Shown: positions 28,810-38,728, numbered from the stretch's first letter. The stretch is 64,000 nucleotides of DNA from an uncultured virus (IMG/VR IMGVR_UViG_3300030389_004188) (IMGVR_UViG_3300030389_004188), one strand, 5' to 3'. Made by a program: numbers and translations. Notes: a model not told the origin generated them from the letters alone.

Positions 28810-31563
28810 ATGAACTATCGTAATCTAATCTCTATTCTTGCAATGTCAGTAGGACTTGTTTATGGGCAAGCCGTTACTGGTTTTGTTGGGGATGGAGAAA
28901 AACCACTTGTTGGAGCGAATGTAATCGTTGAGGGTACAGAACTCGGTGGAGTAACAGACGAAAGTGGAAAATTCGTCATCGAAACTGGATCTGGTACTTT
29001 TGACATTACTGCTTCATACATCGGTTATGTTGCCAAAACTCAATCAGTTGAGATTGGTGATATAGTTGGAAGTGTCAGTTTTGACTTAGAAACTGATGTG
29101 GTTGCTCTCACAGCACTTGAAGTTCTTGCTTCTCGTGCAGATGAGACTACACCTGTTGCTTATACTACGGTTAGTAAAGAAGAAATGGAAGTTCGTCTTG
29201 GTTCACAAGATATTCCAATGATTCTAAACACAACACCAAGTGTATATGCAACTCAACAAGGTGGAGGTGCGGGAGATGCCCGTATTAATGTTCGTGGATT
29301 CAACCAACGAAATGTCGCAGTAATGATAAACGGAGTTCCCCAAAACGATATGGAGAACGGATGGGTTTATTGGTCTAATTGGGATGGAGTAGGAGATGCT
29401 ACTTCCTCAATTCAGATGCAACGAGGTCTATCAGCCGTGAATCTTGCTACACCATCAATTGGTGGAACGATGAACATTATCACCGACCCAGCTGCTCACG
29501 AAAAAGGTGGGAAGTTCAAACAAGAAGTCGGTGAGGGTGGATTTCTAAAATCTACCTTGAATTATAACTCAGGTCTAATAAATGATAAGTTGGCAATTAG
29601 TGGTACAATTGTTCGTAAAACTGGTGACGGTTTGATTGACGGTACTTGGACAGATGCTTGGGCTTATTATTTAGGTACATCATATGCTGTATCAGATAAA
29701 CAGAGATTCGAGTTATATGCAATCGGTGCTCCACAAAGACACGGACAGAACCTATACAAACAGAACATAGCTACTTATTCTCAAGAGTTGGCTGGAAGTA
29801 TCGATGGATACAATGATTCAGCTTATGTTGAGGGAGAGAAGTTTGAAACTGAAGCTGGTAGGTTCTTCAATCAGAATTGGGCACCTGTAGACCCATCATA
29901 CAAAGGCCAACAATATTGGTATATGTATGGTGCGAGAACTACAGACAGGTACAATCCAAATCTGTTGAATGAAAGAGAAAACTTCTTTCATAAACCACTT
30001 GTAAATCTAAACCATTTCTATGATATAAATGATGATATGAGATTATCTTCAGTATTATATTGGAGTGGTGGTTCAGGTGGTGGTACTGGTACTTATGGAA
30101 GTGTCAGTAGAAAACCTGCAGTCGAAGGAGAACCTTGGTATGCAAGTTCACCTTGGATGTGGGATTGGAATGCTGAGATTGAACAGAACTCATCTAATGT
30201 AGATTCTGCTTGGTCTGATGTTGAAAATCGTTCAACAGGTATTCTTCGTAACTCAATCAATCGTCAGAACACATATGGTTTGATTTCTAAATTGAACTAT
30301 GATGTATCAGACGAACTTGAAGTTCAAGTTGGTATCGATTGGAGAACTGCTGGTATTGAACACGCTCGTGAGGTTCGTGATTTATTAGGTGGAGACTACT
30401 ATGTAAATTTCGCCGATGATAACGCACCTGATGGTAAAGTAGTTCGTTTAGGTGATATTATCGCCTATCACAACGAAACAACTGTAAATTGGTTTGGTGC
30501 TTTCTTACAAGGTAGTTATACTGGTGAGAAACTAAACCTTTATGGTATGGGTGGTGTATCCACTATTGGATATACTTACGAAGACCATTTTGCTCTAAAT
30601 GTAGATGAAGATGGAAACAAAATTGATAATTTTGTTGAAGCTCCATCTATCACAACCTTTCAAGTAAAGGGTGGTGCTAGATATAATCTTGATGACAGAT
30701 TATCAGCATTTGCTAATTTAGGGTATGTTCAAAAACCACCAATCTTAGATAATGTGATTGACTATGATGGAAATGTATCTACAAATCCAGATAATGAGAA
30801 ATTCATATCTAATGAAATCGGTGGAGAATACAGAAGTGATAAAGTTGCTATCAAGGGTAGTTATTATAACACTCAATGGAAAGATAGAAACCTTACAAAA
30901 TCTGTAACAACAGGACAAGGTGATTCAGGTGACACAGACATCATTTATCTAACTGGTGTAGACCAAAGTCATAGTGGTTTCGAGATAGAGTCTAAAGTTG
31001 CTCTACACGAAATGGTAGACTTAGATGTCGCTGTTAGTATCGGAGATTGGTACTTTGACGGAGATGCTAAAGGTGACTATACTTCAATGGAATACAATGA
31101 AAATAATGAGATTATCGGACAAACATCTACTGAGTATGAATATGCTCTCGCTAATCTAAAAGTTGGTGATATGCCACAAACATCTTATGTTGGTGGACTT
31201 ACAGTAAAACCAATTAAAGGTTTGAGTGTACAAGGTCTTTATAGATGGTACGACAATCACTATGCTGATTGGAGTCCTGATTCTCGTGAGGTTGAAGGTG
31301 ATGCAGATAGAGAACAAGTATGGAAAACTCCATCTTATGGTAAGTTAGACTTACATCTATCTTATAAATTACCTGAAATTGCAGGTCTTGATATGACTAT
31401 TCACGGTCATTTATTCAATGCACTTGATGAGGTATTTATTCAAGATGCAGTAGACAATAGTAAATACAATGGGTATGGTGATAAACTTCACTTAGCTCAT
31501 AATGCCGAAGTATTTCTTGGAACACCAAGAAGTTTCAACTTAGGACTATCTGTCAATTTCTAA
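28810..31563 (+). CDS. TonB-dependent outer-membrane receptor
   Basis: Signal peptide; N-terminal PLVGANV..GTELGGVTDESGKF..ASYIGY domain; plug INVRGF..VMINGVP..IQMQRGL..IGGTMNIIT; C-terminal beta-signal GLSVNF. ATG at 28810 follows AGGAG. Confidence 0.92.
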   Translation: MNYRNLISILAMSVGLVYGQAVTGFVGDGEKPLVGANVIVEGTELGGVTDESGKFVIETGSGTFDITASYIGYVAKTQSVEIGDIVGSVSFDLETDVVALTALEVLASRADETTPVAYTTVSKEEMEVRLGSQDIPMILNTTPSVYATQQGGGAGDARINVRGFNQRNVAVMINGVPQNDMENGWVYWSNWDGVGDATSSIQMQRGLSAVNLATPSIGGTMNIITDPAAHEKGGKFKQEVGEGGFLKSTLNYNSGLINDKLAISGTIVRKTGDGLIDGTWTDAWAYYLGTSYAVSDKQRFELYAIGAPQRHGQNLYKQNIATYSQELAGSIDGYNDSAYVEGEKFETEAGRFFNQNWAPVDPSYKGQQYWYMYGARTTDRYNPNLLNERENFFHKPLVNLNHFYDINDDMRLSSVLYWSGGSGGGTGTYGSVSRKPAVEGEPWYASSPWMWDWNAEIEQNSSNVDSAWSDVENRSTGILRNSINRQNTYGLISKLNYDVSDELEVQVGIDWRTAGIEHAREVRDLLGGDYYVNFADDNAPDGKVVRLGDIIAYHNETTVNWFGAFLQGSYTGEKLNLYGMGGVSTIGYTYEDHFALNVDEDGNKIDNFVEAPSITTFQVKGGARYNLDDRLSAFANLGYVQKPPILDNVIDYDGNVSTNPDNEKFISNEIGGEYRSDKVAIKGSYYNTQWKDRNLTKSVTTGQGDSGDTDIIYLTGVDQSHSGFEIESKVALHEMVDLDVAVSIGDWYFDGDAKGDYTSMEYNENNEIIGQTSTEYEYALANLKVGDMPQTSYVGGLTVKPIKGLSVQGLYRWYDNHYADWSPDSREVEGDADREQVWKTPSYGKLDLHLSYKLPEIAGLDMTIHGHLFNALDEVFIQDAVDNSKYNGYGDKLHLAHNAEVFLGTPRSFNLGLSVNF

Positions 31564-31570
31564 AGTAATA

Positions 31571-31600
31571 AATTGGGGGGAATTTTTCCCCCCAATTATT
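31571..31600 (+). terminator. Strong hairpin after the TBDR (terminator or stabiliser)
   Basis: AATTGGGGGGAA-ttt-TTCCCCCCAATT, 12-bp stem. Confidence 0.75.
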
Positions 31601-31615
31601 GTAAAGGTACAAACA

Positions 31616-32116
31616 TTGAAAAAGTTATTATTTTTGTTATTATTATTTTGTTGTGATGATAGAGTAGAAGACCCGACTAAATCTAATATTATCGTGACGA
31701 TGTTACGAGTAGATAGAATTGAAATACTTGATTGGTTATGGATAACACCTGCTCCAATTTGGGGTCACTTAGAATCAGAAGATAGTATACCTCTTGAAAG
31801 AATGGTTGTACATTGGTGGAGTAATCTGTATTGGGACGAGGATGATTCAAGTGGTCATTATAGATTACTACCCAACAGAAGAAACAAAGCAATATGGTAT
31901 GATAACTTTGGAAACAGAGATACTATGGATGTAGATGTAGACACACTAAGATGGACTACAGACAGATACTCTGAAGTAGATAGTTTAGGATATTTTTTTA
32001 ATACACTAAGACCTACAAGAGTAATGCAAAATAAGGGTAGTGGTAGTTGGATGAAATTGTATTGGAGTATTGAAAATACACTAATAGATTCACAAGAAAT
32101 ATTTCTAATGGATTGA
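31616..32116 (+). CDS. Putative lipoprotein
   Basis: MKKLLFLLLLFCC: basic N-terminus, short hydrophobic core, then Cys; TTG start. Confidence 0.55.
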   Translation: MKKLLFLLLLFCCDDRVEDPTKSNIIVTMLRVDRIEILDWLWITPAPIWGHLESEDSIPLERMVVHWWSNLYWDEDDSSGHYRLLPNRRNKAIWYDNFGNRDTMDVDVDTLRWTTDRYSEVDSLGYFFNTLRPTRVMQNKGSGSWMKLYWSIENTLIDSQEIFLMD

Positions 32117-32146
32117 AAAAAAAATAAAAAAAGTTGTAAAAAGTGC

Positions 32147-32175
32147 TTGTATTTGTCATTTTTTCTTTGTAACTT
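32147..32175 (+). promoter_or_regulatory. sigma70-like early promoter
   Basis: TTGTAT-17 bp-TAACTT with A-tract UP-like element upstream. Confidence 0.55.
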
Positions 32176-32201
32176 ATGGTATGATAAATAAGGAAAAAAC
32201 A

Positions 32202-32558
32202 ATGAATACAAGAAAACATCTAAAAGAAGGTACTTACACTTATTGGGTAAATAAAAGAAGTGGTACTATCCAGCATGTGGGAGTTGAATACAGTAAGTAT
32301 TTCAAAAACTTCAAATTGACTATGAGTACTGTAAATTTACCATACGAAAGAATGTATTTCACAAAAGGTAGTGATATGAATGGTGTGGATAGATTCTTGA
32401 AAAACTATGAGTTTATTTGTGAGAATCCAGACAATGATTTTTTTGTAAATGTCTTGGCTAACAAGAAACTAAAGAGAGAGTTTACTTGGGGTAGAAAAAC
32501 CAATGGTAGACTTGGTATCACTAAAGATGAATATTTTTCAAAACTAAACATAAAATAA
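32202..32558 (+). CDS. Hypothetical early protein
   Basis: ATG 32202 after AAGGA; in the frame of ORF 32181..32558. Confidence 0.7.
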   Translation: MNTRKHLKEGTYTYWVNKRSGTIQHVGVEYSKYFKNFKLTMSTVNLPYERMYFTKGSDMNGVDRFLKNYEFICENPDNDFFVNVLANKKLKREFTWGRKTNGRLGITKDEYFSKLNIK

Positions 32559-32570
32559 AAGGAGTCTATT

Positions 32571-32690
32571 ATGTATAGAAGTGAATGTTGTGGTGGAATG
32601 GTCTATGATGACTATGACATCTGTTCAGATTGTTACGAACACTGCGAAGTGTGGTTTGATGGTGATGAAGAAGACGAAGACGAATCGTAA
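32571..32690 (+). CDS. Small Cys-rich acidic protein (39 aa, not in the ORF track)
   Basis: AGGAG RBS; MYRSECCGGMVYDDYDICSDCYEHCEVWFDGDEEDEDES. Confidence 0.7.
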   Translation: MYRSECCGGMVYDDYDICSDCYEHCEVWFDGDEEDEDES

Positions 32691-32784
32691 ATGTAAACAA
32701 TGTAAAACAGAGTTAGATGGGATAATGATTTTTTATCCTGAACTCTGTTTATTTTGTGTTATAAAAAAAGAAAATAATGCTTGA
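32665..32784 (+). CDS. Small zinc-finger-like protein
   Basis: MKKTKTNRKCKQC...LCLFC; C-terminal part of ORF 32581..32784. Confidence 0.4.
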   Translation: MKKTKTNRKCKQCKTELDGIMIFYPELCLFCVIKKENNA

Positions 32785-32810
32785 CACATATAGTAAAAGT
32801 TGTGTATATT
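32781..32810 (+). promoter_or_regulatory. sigma70-like promoter
   Basis: TTGACA-18 bp-TATATT preceded by TGTG (extended -10). Confidence 0.7.
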
Positions 32811-32831
32811 ATACTATGAATAATAAACAAA

Positions 32832-33428
32832 ATGAAGACAACAACTAACAATCTAATAAACAATTTTTCTTATGAAGACTTGGCTCACGCTTTATATCTA
32901 AAAGGTGAGAGGGATGGTGTTCATAAAATTACAGACAAAACTCAATGGAGAGAGTTTGTTATCGCTGACAAATTAGGTCATAAGGCTTTTGATAAGATTT
33001 CTGCTGGTAAAGGTAGTGATAAATATGGTGCAGATGCTTATGAGGCTAATGGACAAACTGCAGAATATAAGAGTAAGTCTATCAATGACAAAGAGGTTCG
33101 TAACCTTACTCGTCAAGTTAGAAACCATAATACAGGTTTGAGATTTTCAGCACTCAAAGTTCCTGGTGTTTACAATGGGGCATATACACAAGATGCAATT
33201 GATGCTTATTCTAAACATAATCACTATTTTGGTGTGTTTTGGAAAGAGAGATGTGTTTTGATTATCAAACCAACTACTGATTATGTTATCAGTACACTTA
33301 CTGAAAACAACAACAATCGTAAAGATGGGGCGACAACAAACCTAAATAGTGTTGTTGTGAACTTAGACGATGTTTCTAATTATGAAATTGCTTACAAAGA
33401 CAATGATTGGTTCGAGGAGAATGAATGA
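32832..33428 (+). CDS. Putative PD-(D/E)xK restriction-like endonuclease
   Basis: WRE...GADAYEANGQTAEYKS (E..D..ExK); overlaps the MTase start (ATGA). Confidence 0.55.
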   Translation: MKTTTNNLINNFSYEDLAHALYLKGERDGVHKITDKTQWREFVIADKLGHKAFDKISAGKGSDKYGADAYEANGQTAEYKSKSINDKEVRNLTRQVRNHNTGLRFSALKVPGVYNGAYTQDAIDAYSKHNHYFGVFWKERCVLIIKPTTDYVISTLTENNNNRKDGATTNLNSVVVNLDDVSNYEIAYKDNDWFEENE

Positions 33429-34189
33429 AAAGTTATGCTATAGTAAATGAGGATTGTTTAGACTTACTAAGAGGTCTTGATGATAATTCTGTTGATTTGG
33501 TTCTAACAGACCCACCATACTATATTGGATATGATGGTGGTAAGGGTTGGGACTCGGCTTGGGACACAGAACAAGATTATTTAGATTGGTGTAAGTTATG
33601 GACAGCGGAATGTGTTAGGGTATTGAAACCAAATAGATGTATGTATGTTTGGGGTACTACCAAAACAGATACATTCTTGAGATATAAATTAGATGTTCTC
33701 AACTCTTTTGATGATATTTATTATCAGAGTTGGATAATATGGTCGTATGATTGGGGTGGTAGAACAAAGAAAAACTTTGCCAGAAAACACGAGGATTTAT
33801 TGATGTATTCTAAAGGTAAAGAATTTATGTTCAACAAAGATGATGTTAGAATACCATATATTTTGAAAAAGAGTGTTAGAAAAGGTAAAGAACTAAATCC
33901 ACTTGGTAAAATACCAACGGATGTTTGGCCAAAGAATAATCATACCACATCAAAAGAATATGCTGGATGGCATCCAACTCAGAAACCACTTGAGTTATTA
34001 GAAAGAATTATCAAGGCTCACACAAATAAAGGTGATGTTGTTTTGGATTGTTTTAGTGGTAGTGGTAGTACTGCAATTGCATCCATAAATACCAACAGAG
34101 AATTTATTGGTTGTGAGTTAGATGAGGAATATTTTACAAAATCAATGGAAAGAATAAACGAACTAACAGGTGTAAATAGGTTTATATAA
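33425..34189 (+). CDS. DNA amino-methyltransferase, beta class (m6A/m4C)
   Basis: DLVLTDPPY, HPTQKP, VLDCFSGSGST, GCEL. Confidence 0.93.
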   Translation: MKSYAIVNEDCLDLLRGLDDNSVDLVLTDPPYYIGYDGGKGWDSAWDTEQDYLDWCKLWTAECVRVLKPNRCMYVWGTTKTDTFLRYKLDVLNSFDDIYYQSWIIWSYDWGGRTKKNFARKHEDLLMYSKGKEFMFNKDDVRIPYILKKSVRKGKELNPLGKIPTDVWPKNNHTTSKEYAGWHPTQKPLELLERIIKAHTNKGDVVLDCFSGSGSTAIASINTNREFIGCELDEEYFTKSMERINELTGVNRFI

Positions 34190-36712
34190 ATGTATCAGGC
34201 AATTCATTACGACCATTTCAAAAAGAAAATACATCTTTGGGATGATAAGGCTGGTTACCAAGTCATACCATTCAAAAAATATGCGTATACTAAATCACCT
34301 GGTGGTCAATATGTTTCACTATACGGTGATAGACTAAAGAAGATACACGATTGGGATCCTAAAGAAAAAGGTCTGTTTGAGTCTGATGTACAACCCGTAG
34401 TTAGATTTTTAGTAGACCAATATACAGATAGTGATGAAGTATCTGATGGTCACAGAGTAATGATTATGGATATCGAGTGTGAAATCGTAGATGGATTTCC
34501 TGATGTTCAGAATCCAAAAGAACAGATAACTTCTATTGCGATTTATGATTCTATTACCGACCACTATACTGCTTTTGTACTCGATCCTGAAAATAAATTT
34601 GAACTACCATCTGATGATGTAGGTAACAGAGTAAAAGAAGAAGATGGACAAACGATTGAAACATTCAAAACAGAGTTTCAATTATTGACAAGATTTTACC
34701 TAAAATATATGGAAATCCAACCAACAATAATTACTGGCTGGAATATAGAGTTTTTCGATATTCCTTTTCTCTATAATCGGTCAGTTCAAGTGGTTGGTGC
34801 TGATGTGGCCAATTTACTATCACCAATTAGAGAAGTAAATTGGTCTACATTCAGAGAAAGATATACAATTGCAGGTGTGAACATTTTAGACTATCTCGCA
34901 CTCTACAAGAACTTTAGATTTACGATGCAATCAAGTTACAGATTAGACCATATTGGTGAGGTTGAGGTTGGTACGAATAAAATAGAATATGATGGTACAT
35001 TGAACGATTTATATGAAAATGACTTAGAGAAATTTGTAGAATATAACATACACGATGTTAGGATTGTGAAGAAACTCGATGATAAATTAGATTTTATTGA
35101 TATTGCTCGTGGTGTGGCTCATCTTGGGCATGTACCTTATGAAGATGTATTTATGAGTTCACGATATCTTGAGGGTGCGATTTTAGTCTATCTGAAAAAG
35201 GTTGGAATGGTTGCACCAGATAAACCACCAAGACCAAAACAATTGAGTGGTGATAAGTTCGCAGGTGCTTATGTACAAGAACCACAATCTGGTAAACATA
35301 GTTGGGTATATGATTTGGATATTACGAGTATGTATCCGAGTGTAATTCGTTCATTGAATATTTCACCTGAAACTAAACTTGGTAAGGTTATTGGTTGGGA
35401 TCCTGAAGAGTATTTACAAAAAGATTTGAAAAAGACTTATACTATTGAGATGAAAGGTAAGGAACAAGGTAAAGTAACTAATGACCAACTCGAACAATAC
35501 TTCAATGATAATCAAGTCAGTATATCTTCTTGTGGAGTATTGTATAGAACTGATAAGAAAGGTTTGATTCCATCACTATTGACCAAGTGGTTCAATGAAA
35601 GGGTAGAGTTCAGAAAGTTGGCTAAGAAGTTTGCTGAAGAGGGTAACGATGAACAACATCAGTATTTTGATAGAAGACAATACCTACAGAAGATTATTCT
35701 AAACTCATTATATGGTGTATTGGGTTTACCTGTATTTAGATTCTATGACTTAGATAATGCAGAATCAACAACATTGACAGGTCAATCACTAATCAAATTC
35801 ACTAAGAAAATGGGTAACTACTTTTACAACAGAGAGTTGGGTGATGACAAAGACTATTGTATTTACATTGATACTGATTCAGTATTTTATTCTGCAGTTC
35901 CATTGGTAGAGAAGAGATTTCCGAATGAAAAATTATCTGATGTGATGATGTCAAAAAAGATTCTTGATATTGCATCAGAGGTACAAACATTCTTGAACAA
36001 TTCATATAATTATTTTGCCAAAAGATTCAATCGTATAGATGAACACCATTACGAGATAAAACAAGAGGTTATTGCAAAGAGTGGATTATTCATTACCAAG
36101 AAAAGATATGGTATGAAAATTATCAATGATGCTGGAGTAAAGGTAAACAAAGTGCATGTCAAGGGTTTGGATACCGTTAGAAGTTCGTTTGCAATAGCGA
36201 TGAAAGAATTACTATCGAGTGTGTTGGAAGATATCTTGGCGGATGTACCAAAAGAAAAGATAGATGAGAGAATTGTAAACTTTAGAAATTCAATGGAGTT
36301 GATGGACTTTGATAGAATCTCATCACCAGTTGGGGTAAAGAATATATCAAAATACATATCACCATCTGATGGTATGTTTACTGATTTCAAAAAAGGTGCA
36401 CCAGTGCATGTCAAGGCTGCTATAAATCACAATGACTTACTGAAGTATTACAAACAAGATAAGAAATATGAATTCATCAAGAATGGTAGTAAGATAAAGT
36501 GGGTGTATCTAAAAGAAAATAATTTAGGTATGGATGTGTTGGCCTACAAAGGTTATGAGGATCCACCTGAGATAATCAAATTCATAAAAGAGAATATACA
36601 CCATAAGAAAATCTACGACCAGGCGTTATATAAAAAGATTATGATGTTTTATCAGGCTATGAATTGGGATGAACCAACACTAAAAAAAGATACCATTGAA
36701 AGATTTTTTTGA
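34190..36712 (+). CDS. Family B DNA polymerase (gp43-like)
   Basis: Exo DIE, GWNIEFFD, YNIHD; DLDITSMYPS; KIILNSLYG; YIDTDS; KKRY. Confidence 0.96.
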   Translation: MYQAIHYDHFKKKIHLWDDKAGYQVIPFKKYAYTKSPGGQYVSLYGDRLKKIHDWDPKEKGLFESDVQPVVRFLVDQYTDSDEVSDGHRVMIMDIECEIVDGFPDVQNPKEQITSIAIYDSITDHYTAFVLDPENKFELPSDDVGNRVKEEDGQTIETFKTEFQLLTRFYLKYMEIQPTIITGWNIEFFDIPFLYNRSVQVVGADVANLLSPIREVNWSTFRERYTIAGVNILDYLALYKNFRFTMQSSYRLDHIGEVEVGTNKIEYDGTLNDLYENDLEKFVEYNIHDVRIVKKLDDKLDFIDIARGVAHLGHVPYEDVFMSSRYLEGAILVYLKKVGMVAPDKPPRPKQLSGDKFAGAYVQEPQSGKHSWVYDLDITSMYPSVIRSLNISPETKLGKVIGWDPEEYLQKDLKKTYTIEMKGKEQGKVTNDQLEQYFNDNQVSISSCGVLYRTDKKGLIPSLLTKWFNERVEFRKLAKKFAEEGNDEQHQYFDRRQYLQKIILNSLYGVLGLPVFRFYDLDNAESTTLTGQSLIKFTKKMGNYFYNRELGDDKDYCIYIDTDSVFYSAVPLVEKRFPNEKLSDVMMSKKILDIASEVQTFLNNSYNYFAKRFNRIDEHHYEIKQEVIAKSGLFITKKRYGMKIINDAGVKVNKVHVKGLDTVRSSFAIAMKELLSSVLEDILADVPKEKIDERIVNFRNSMELMDFDRISSPVGVKNISKYISPSDGMFTDFKKGAPVHVKAAINHNDLLKYYKQDKKYEFIKNGSKIKWVYLKENNLGMDVLAYKGYEDPPEIIKFIKENIHHKKIYDQALYKKIMMFYQAMNWDEPTLKKDTIERFF

Positions 36713-36775
36713 TTGTTTGAGAATAATAAACAATATATATAAATATACTAAAACTATAATAGGAGAAAAACGGTT

Positions 36776-37501
36776 ATGAATAAAGATGTATTGACTCGTT
36801 TCATTTCAAAATACCATTTGAGTGGTAACATAAATACTGCCATTTGGAGAAACAACGATAGTACTCTATCAACACGATTCATTTCAGGTGATAAATCATT
36901 ACTTGGAAATGTTAGTTTGGATGAGTTTGATGTTGAAGATTTTGAAATGGGAGTATATAATACAAACCAATTATCATCATTGCTTGGTGTAGTTGGTAAT
37001 GATATCAATCTTGATATACTAAGGTCAGAAGATAAATGTATTTCACTAAAAGTGAAAGATGATACTTCTTCTGTAAACTATATGTTATCTGATTTGTCAG
37101 TAATAAACAGACCACCAGACTTGAAGAATGTTCCTGATTTTACATTGACACTTGACATTGATTCTAATTTTATCAATAAATTTATCAATGGTAAATCTGC
37201 ATTACCAGATACAGAAACATTCACTATATTGACAGATGAAAGTGATAGTGGTGCAAAAGTTGTTATTGGTTGGAGTGAAATAAACTCTAATAGAGTTGAA
37301 CTACCAGTAAATGTAACTGAGTTTGACAAGTTAGACAATATCTCATTCAATGCAAATCTATTCAAAGATGTATTGGTTGCAAACAAAGAGTGTGGTAATG
37401 CAAGATTGAGAGTTTCAAAAGATGGACTTGCACATATCAAATTCCAAGTTGATAAGTATGTTTCTGAGTATTTTCTTGTTGCATCCGCAAATAAGAGATA
37501 A
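36776..37501 (+). CDS. Sliding clamp (gp45-like)
   Basis: 241 aa directly after PolB; FNANLFKDVL..KDGLAHIKF..SEYFLV; TATAAATA at 36738. Confidence 0.7.
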   Translation: MNKDVLTRFISKYHLSGNINTAIWRNNDSTLSTRFISGDKSLLGNVSLDEFDVEDFEMGVYNTNQLSSLLGVVGNDINLDILRSEDKCISLKVKDDTSSVNYMLSDLSVINRPPDLKNVPDFTLTLDIDSNFINKFINGKSALPDTETFTILTDESDSGAKVVIGWSEINSNRVELPVNVTEFDKLDNISFNANLFKDVLVANKECGNARLRVSKDGLAHIKFQVDKYVSEYFLVASANKR

Positions 37502-38728
37502 ATGTATCTAAAATACTTTGACAAATTTTACGACCAAGATGGATACTTAGACATACCCGAAGAAGAGTGGACTTACATAAAAGAAACCTTTGAGAAGGAT
37601 GATGTAAAAGAAAGTCTTGCCAAAGTTGCAATGACTTATCCGATACCTTATGCGGAAATATCTGAAGAGGTGTGTCTAAAAGACTATAAAAAGTTGAAAG
37701 GTATTTGGTGGAATGATTTGATTATAGAAGACGAGTGGTTTGCCAGAAGTGAAGATGGATATAGATGGGGAATTGATTATAAAGGTAAACAGATTTATTT
37801 CAAACGATATAATGTTGGTAATAAATCATCAAACTACTTTCAACAGAAAAATAGATGGTCTGTAGATGGTTCAGTATCACCTGGACCACAACGGACTTGG
37901 GAAACTGAAAAGTTTATGACGAGTCTAATGGGTGCGGCATACTCTTTGAAGTTACCTAAGATTGATAAAAAACATCTAAGGTTGATGATAGGACTCAGAA
38001 AATACATTTGTAGTCAATTCAAACCATCGGTCGCAAAGGCAATATATGATTACTTTGAGGCTGATAGTATTTTAGATTTTTCTGCAGGTTGGGGTGATAG
38101 ATTGGCTGGATTTTATGCCTCTAATTCAAGTAGGTATTATGGTATAGACCCAAGAAAAGAAAATCATCCAATCTACAGAGAACAGGCTGAGTTTTATGAA
38201 AAACATAGAAGTACTTTTTTAGAACCAACTAAGGAAGTAGATTTCTTTGAATCACCTGCAGAAGATTTTGATTACTCTCAGATAAAACCTGTTGATTTGG
38301 TATTTACATCACCACCTTATTTCAATGTGGAACGATATAGTTACGATGACACTCAAAGTTGGATAAGGTACAAGGATATAAATTCTTGGAATGAATCATT
38401 CTTACATAGGGCACTCGAAAAGATGTGGACTCGTATAAGTAGTGGTGGACATTTGTTGGTAAATATTTCTGATGTCTATTCTAATTCAAAATGGAGTACT
38501 GATAGAGGTTGGGATAAAATATGTGACCCAATGAATGATTTCATAAATAATGAATTAGAGGGTTCAGAATATCAAGGTTGTATTGGAATGGAAATGGCAA
38601 AACGACCTAATAGTGGTGGTGCAGGAACTGCAAAATCAGAAGAGTATAGTGAAGAATCACTAAAACTTGCGGAAGAGACAAAGAACAAAACATTTTGTGA
38701 ACCTATTTGGGTATGGAAAAAATTATAG
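37502..38728 (+). CDS. DNA methyltransferase, SPPY type (likely m4C)
   Basis: SQFKPSVAK, motif I LDFSAGWGDRL, GIDP, motif IV FTSPPYF, NISD, EPIWVWKK. Confidence 0.85.
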   Translation: MYLKYFDKFYDQDGYLDIPEEEWTYIKETFEKDDVKESLAKVAMTYPIPYAEISEEVCLKDYKKLKGIWWNDLIIEDEWFARSEDGYRWGIDYKGKQIYFKRYNVGNKSSNYFQQKNRWSVDGSVSPGPQRTWETEKFMTSLMGAAYSLKLPKIDKKHLRLMIGLRKYICSQFKPSVAKAIYDYFEADSILDFSAGWGDRLAGFYASNSSRYYGIDPRKENHPIYREQAEFYEKHRSTFLEPTKEVDFFESPAEDFDYSQIKPVDLVFTSPPYFNVERYSYDDTQSWIRYKDINSWNESFLHRALEKMWTRISSGGHLLVNISDVYSNSKWSTDRGWDKICDPMNDFINNELEGSEYQGCIGMEMAKRPNSGGAGTAKSEEYSEESLKLAEETKNKTFCEPIWVWKKL

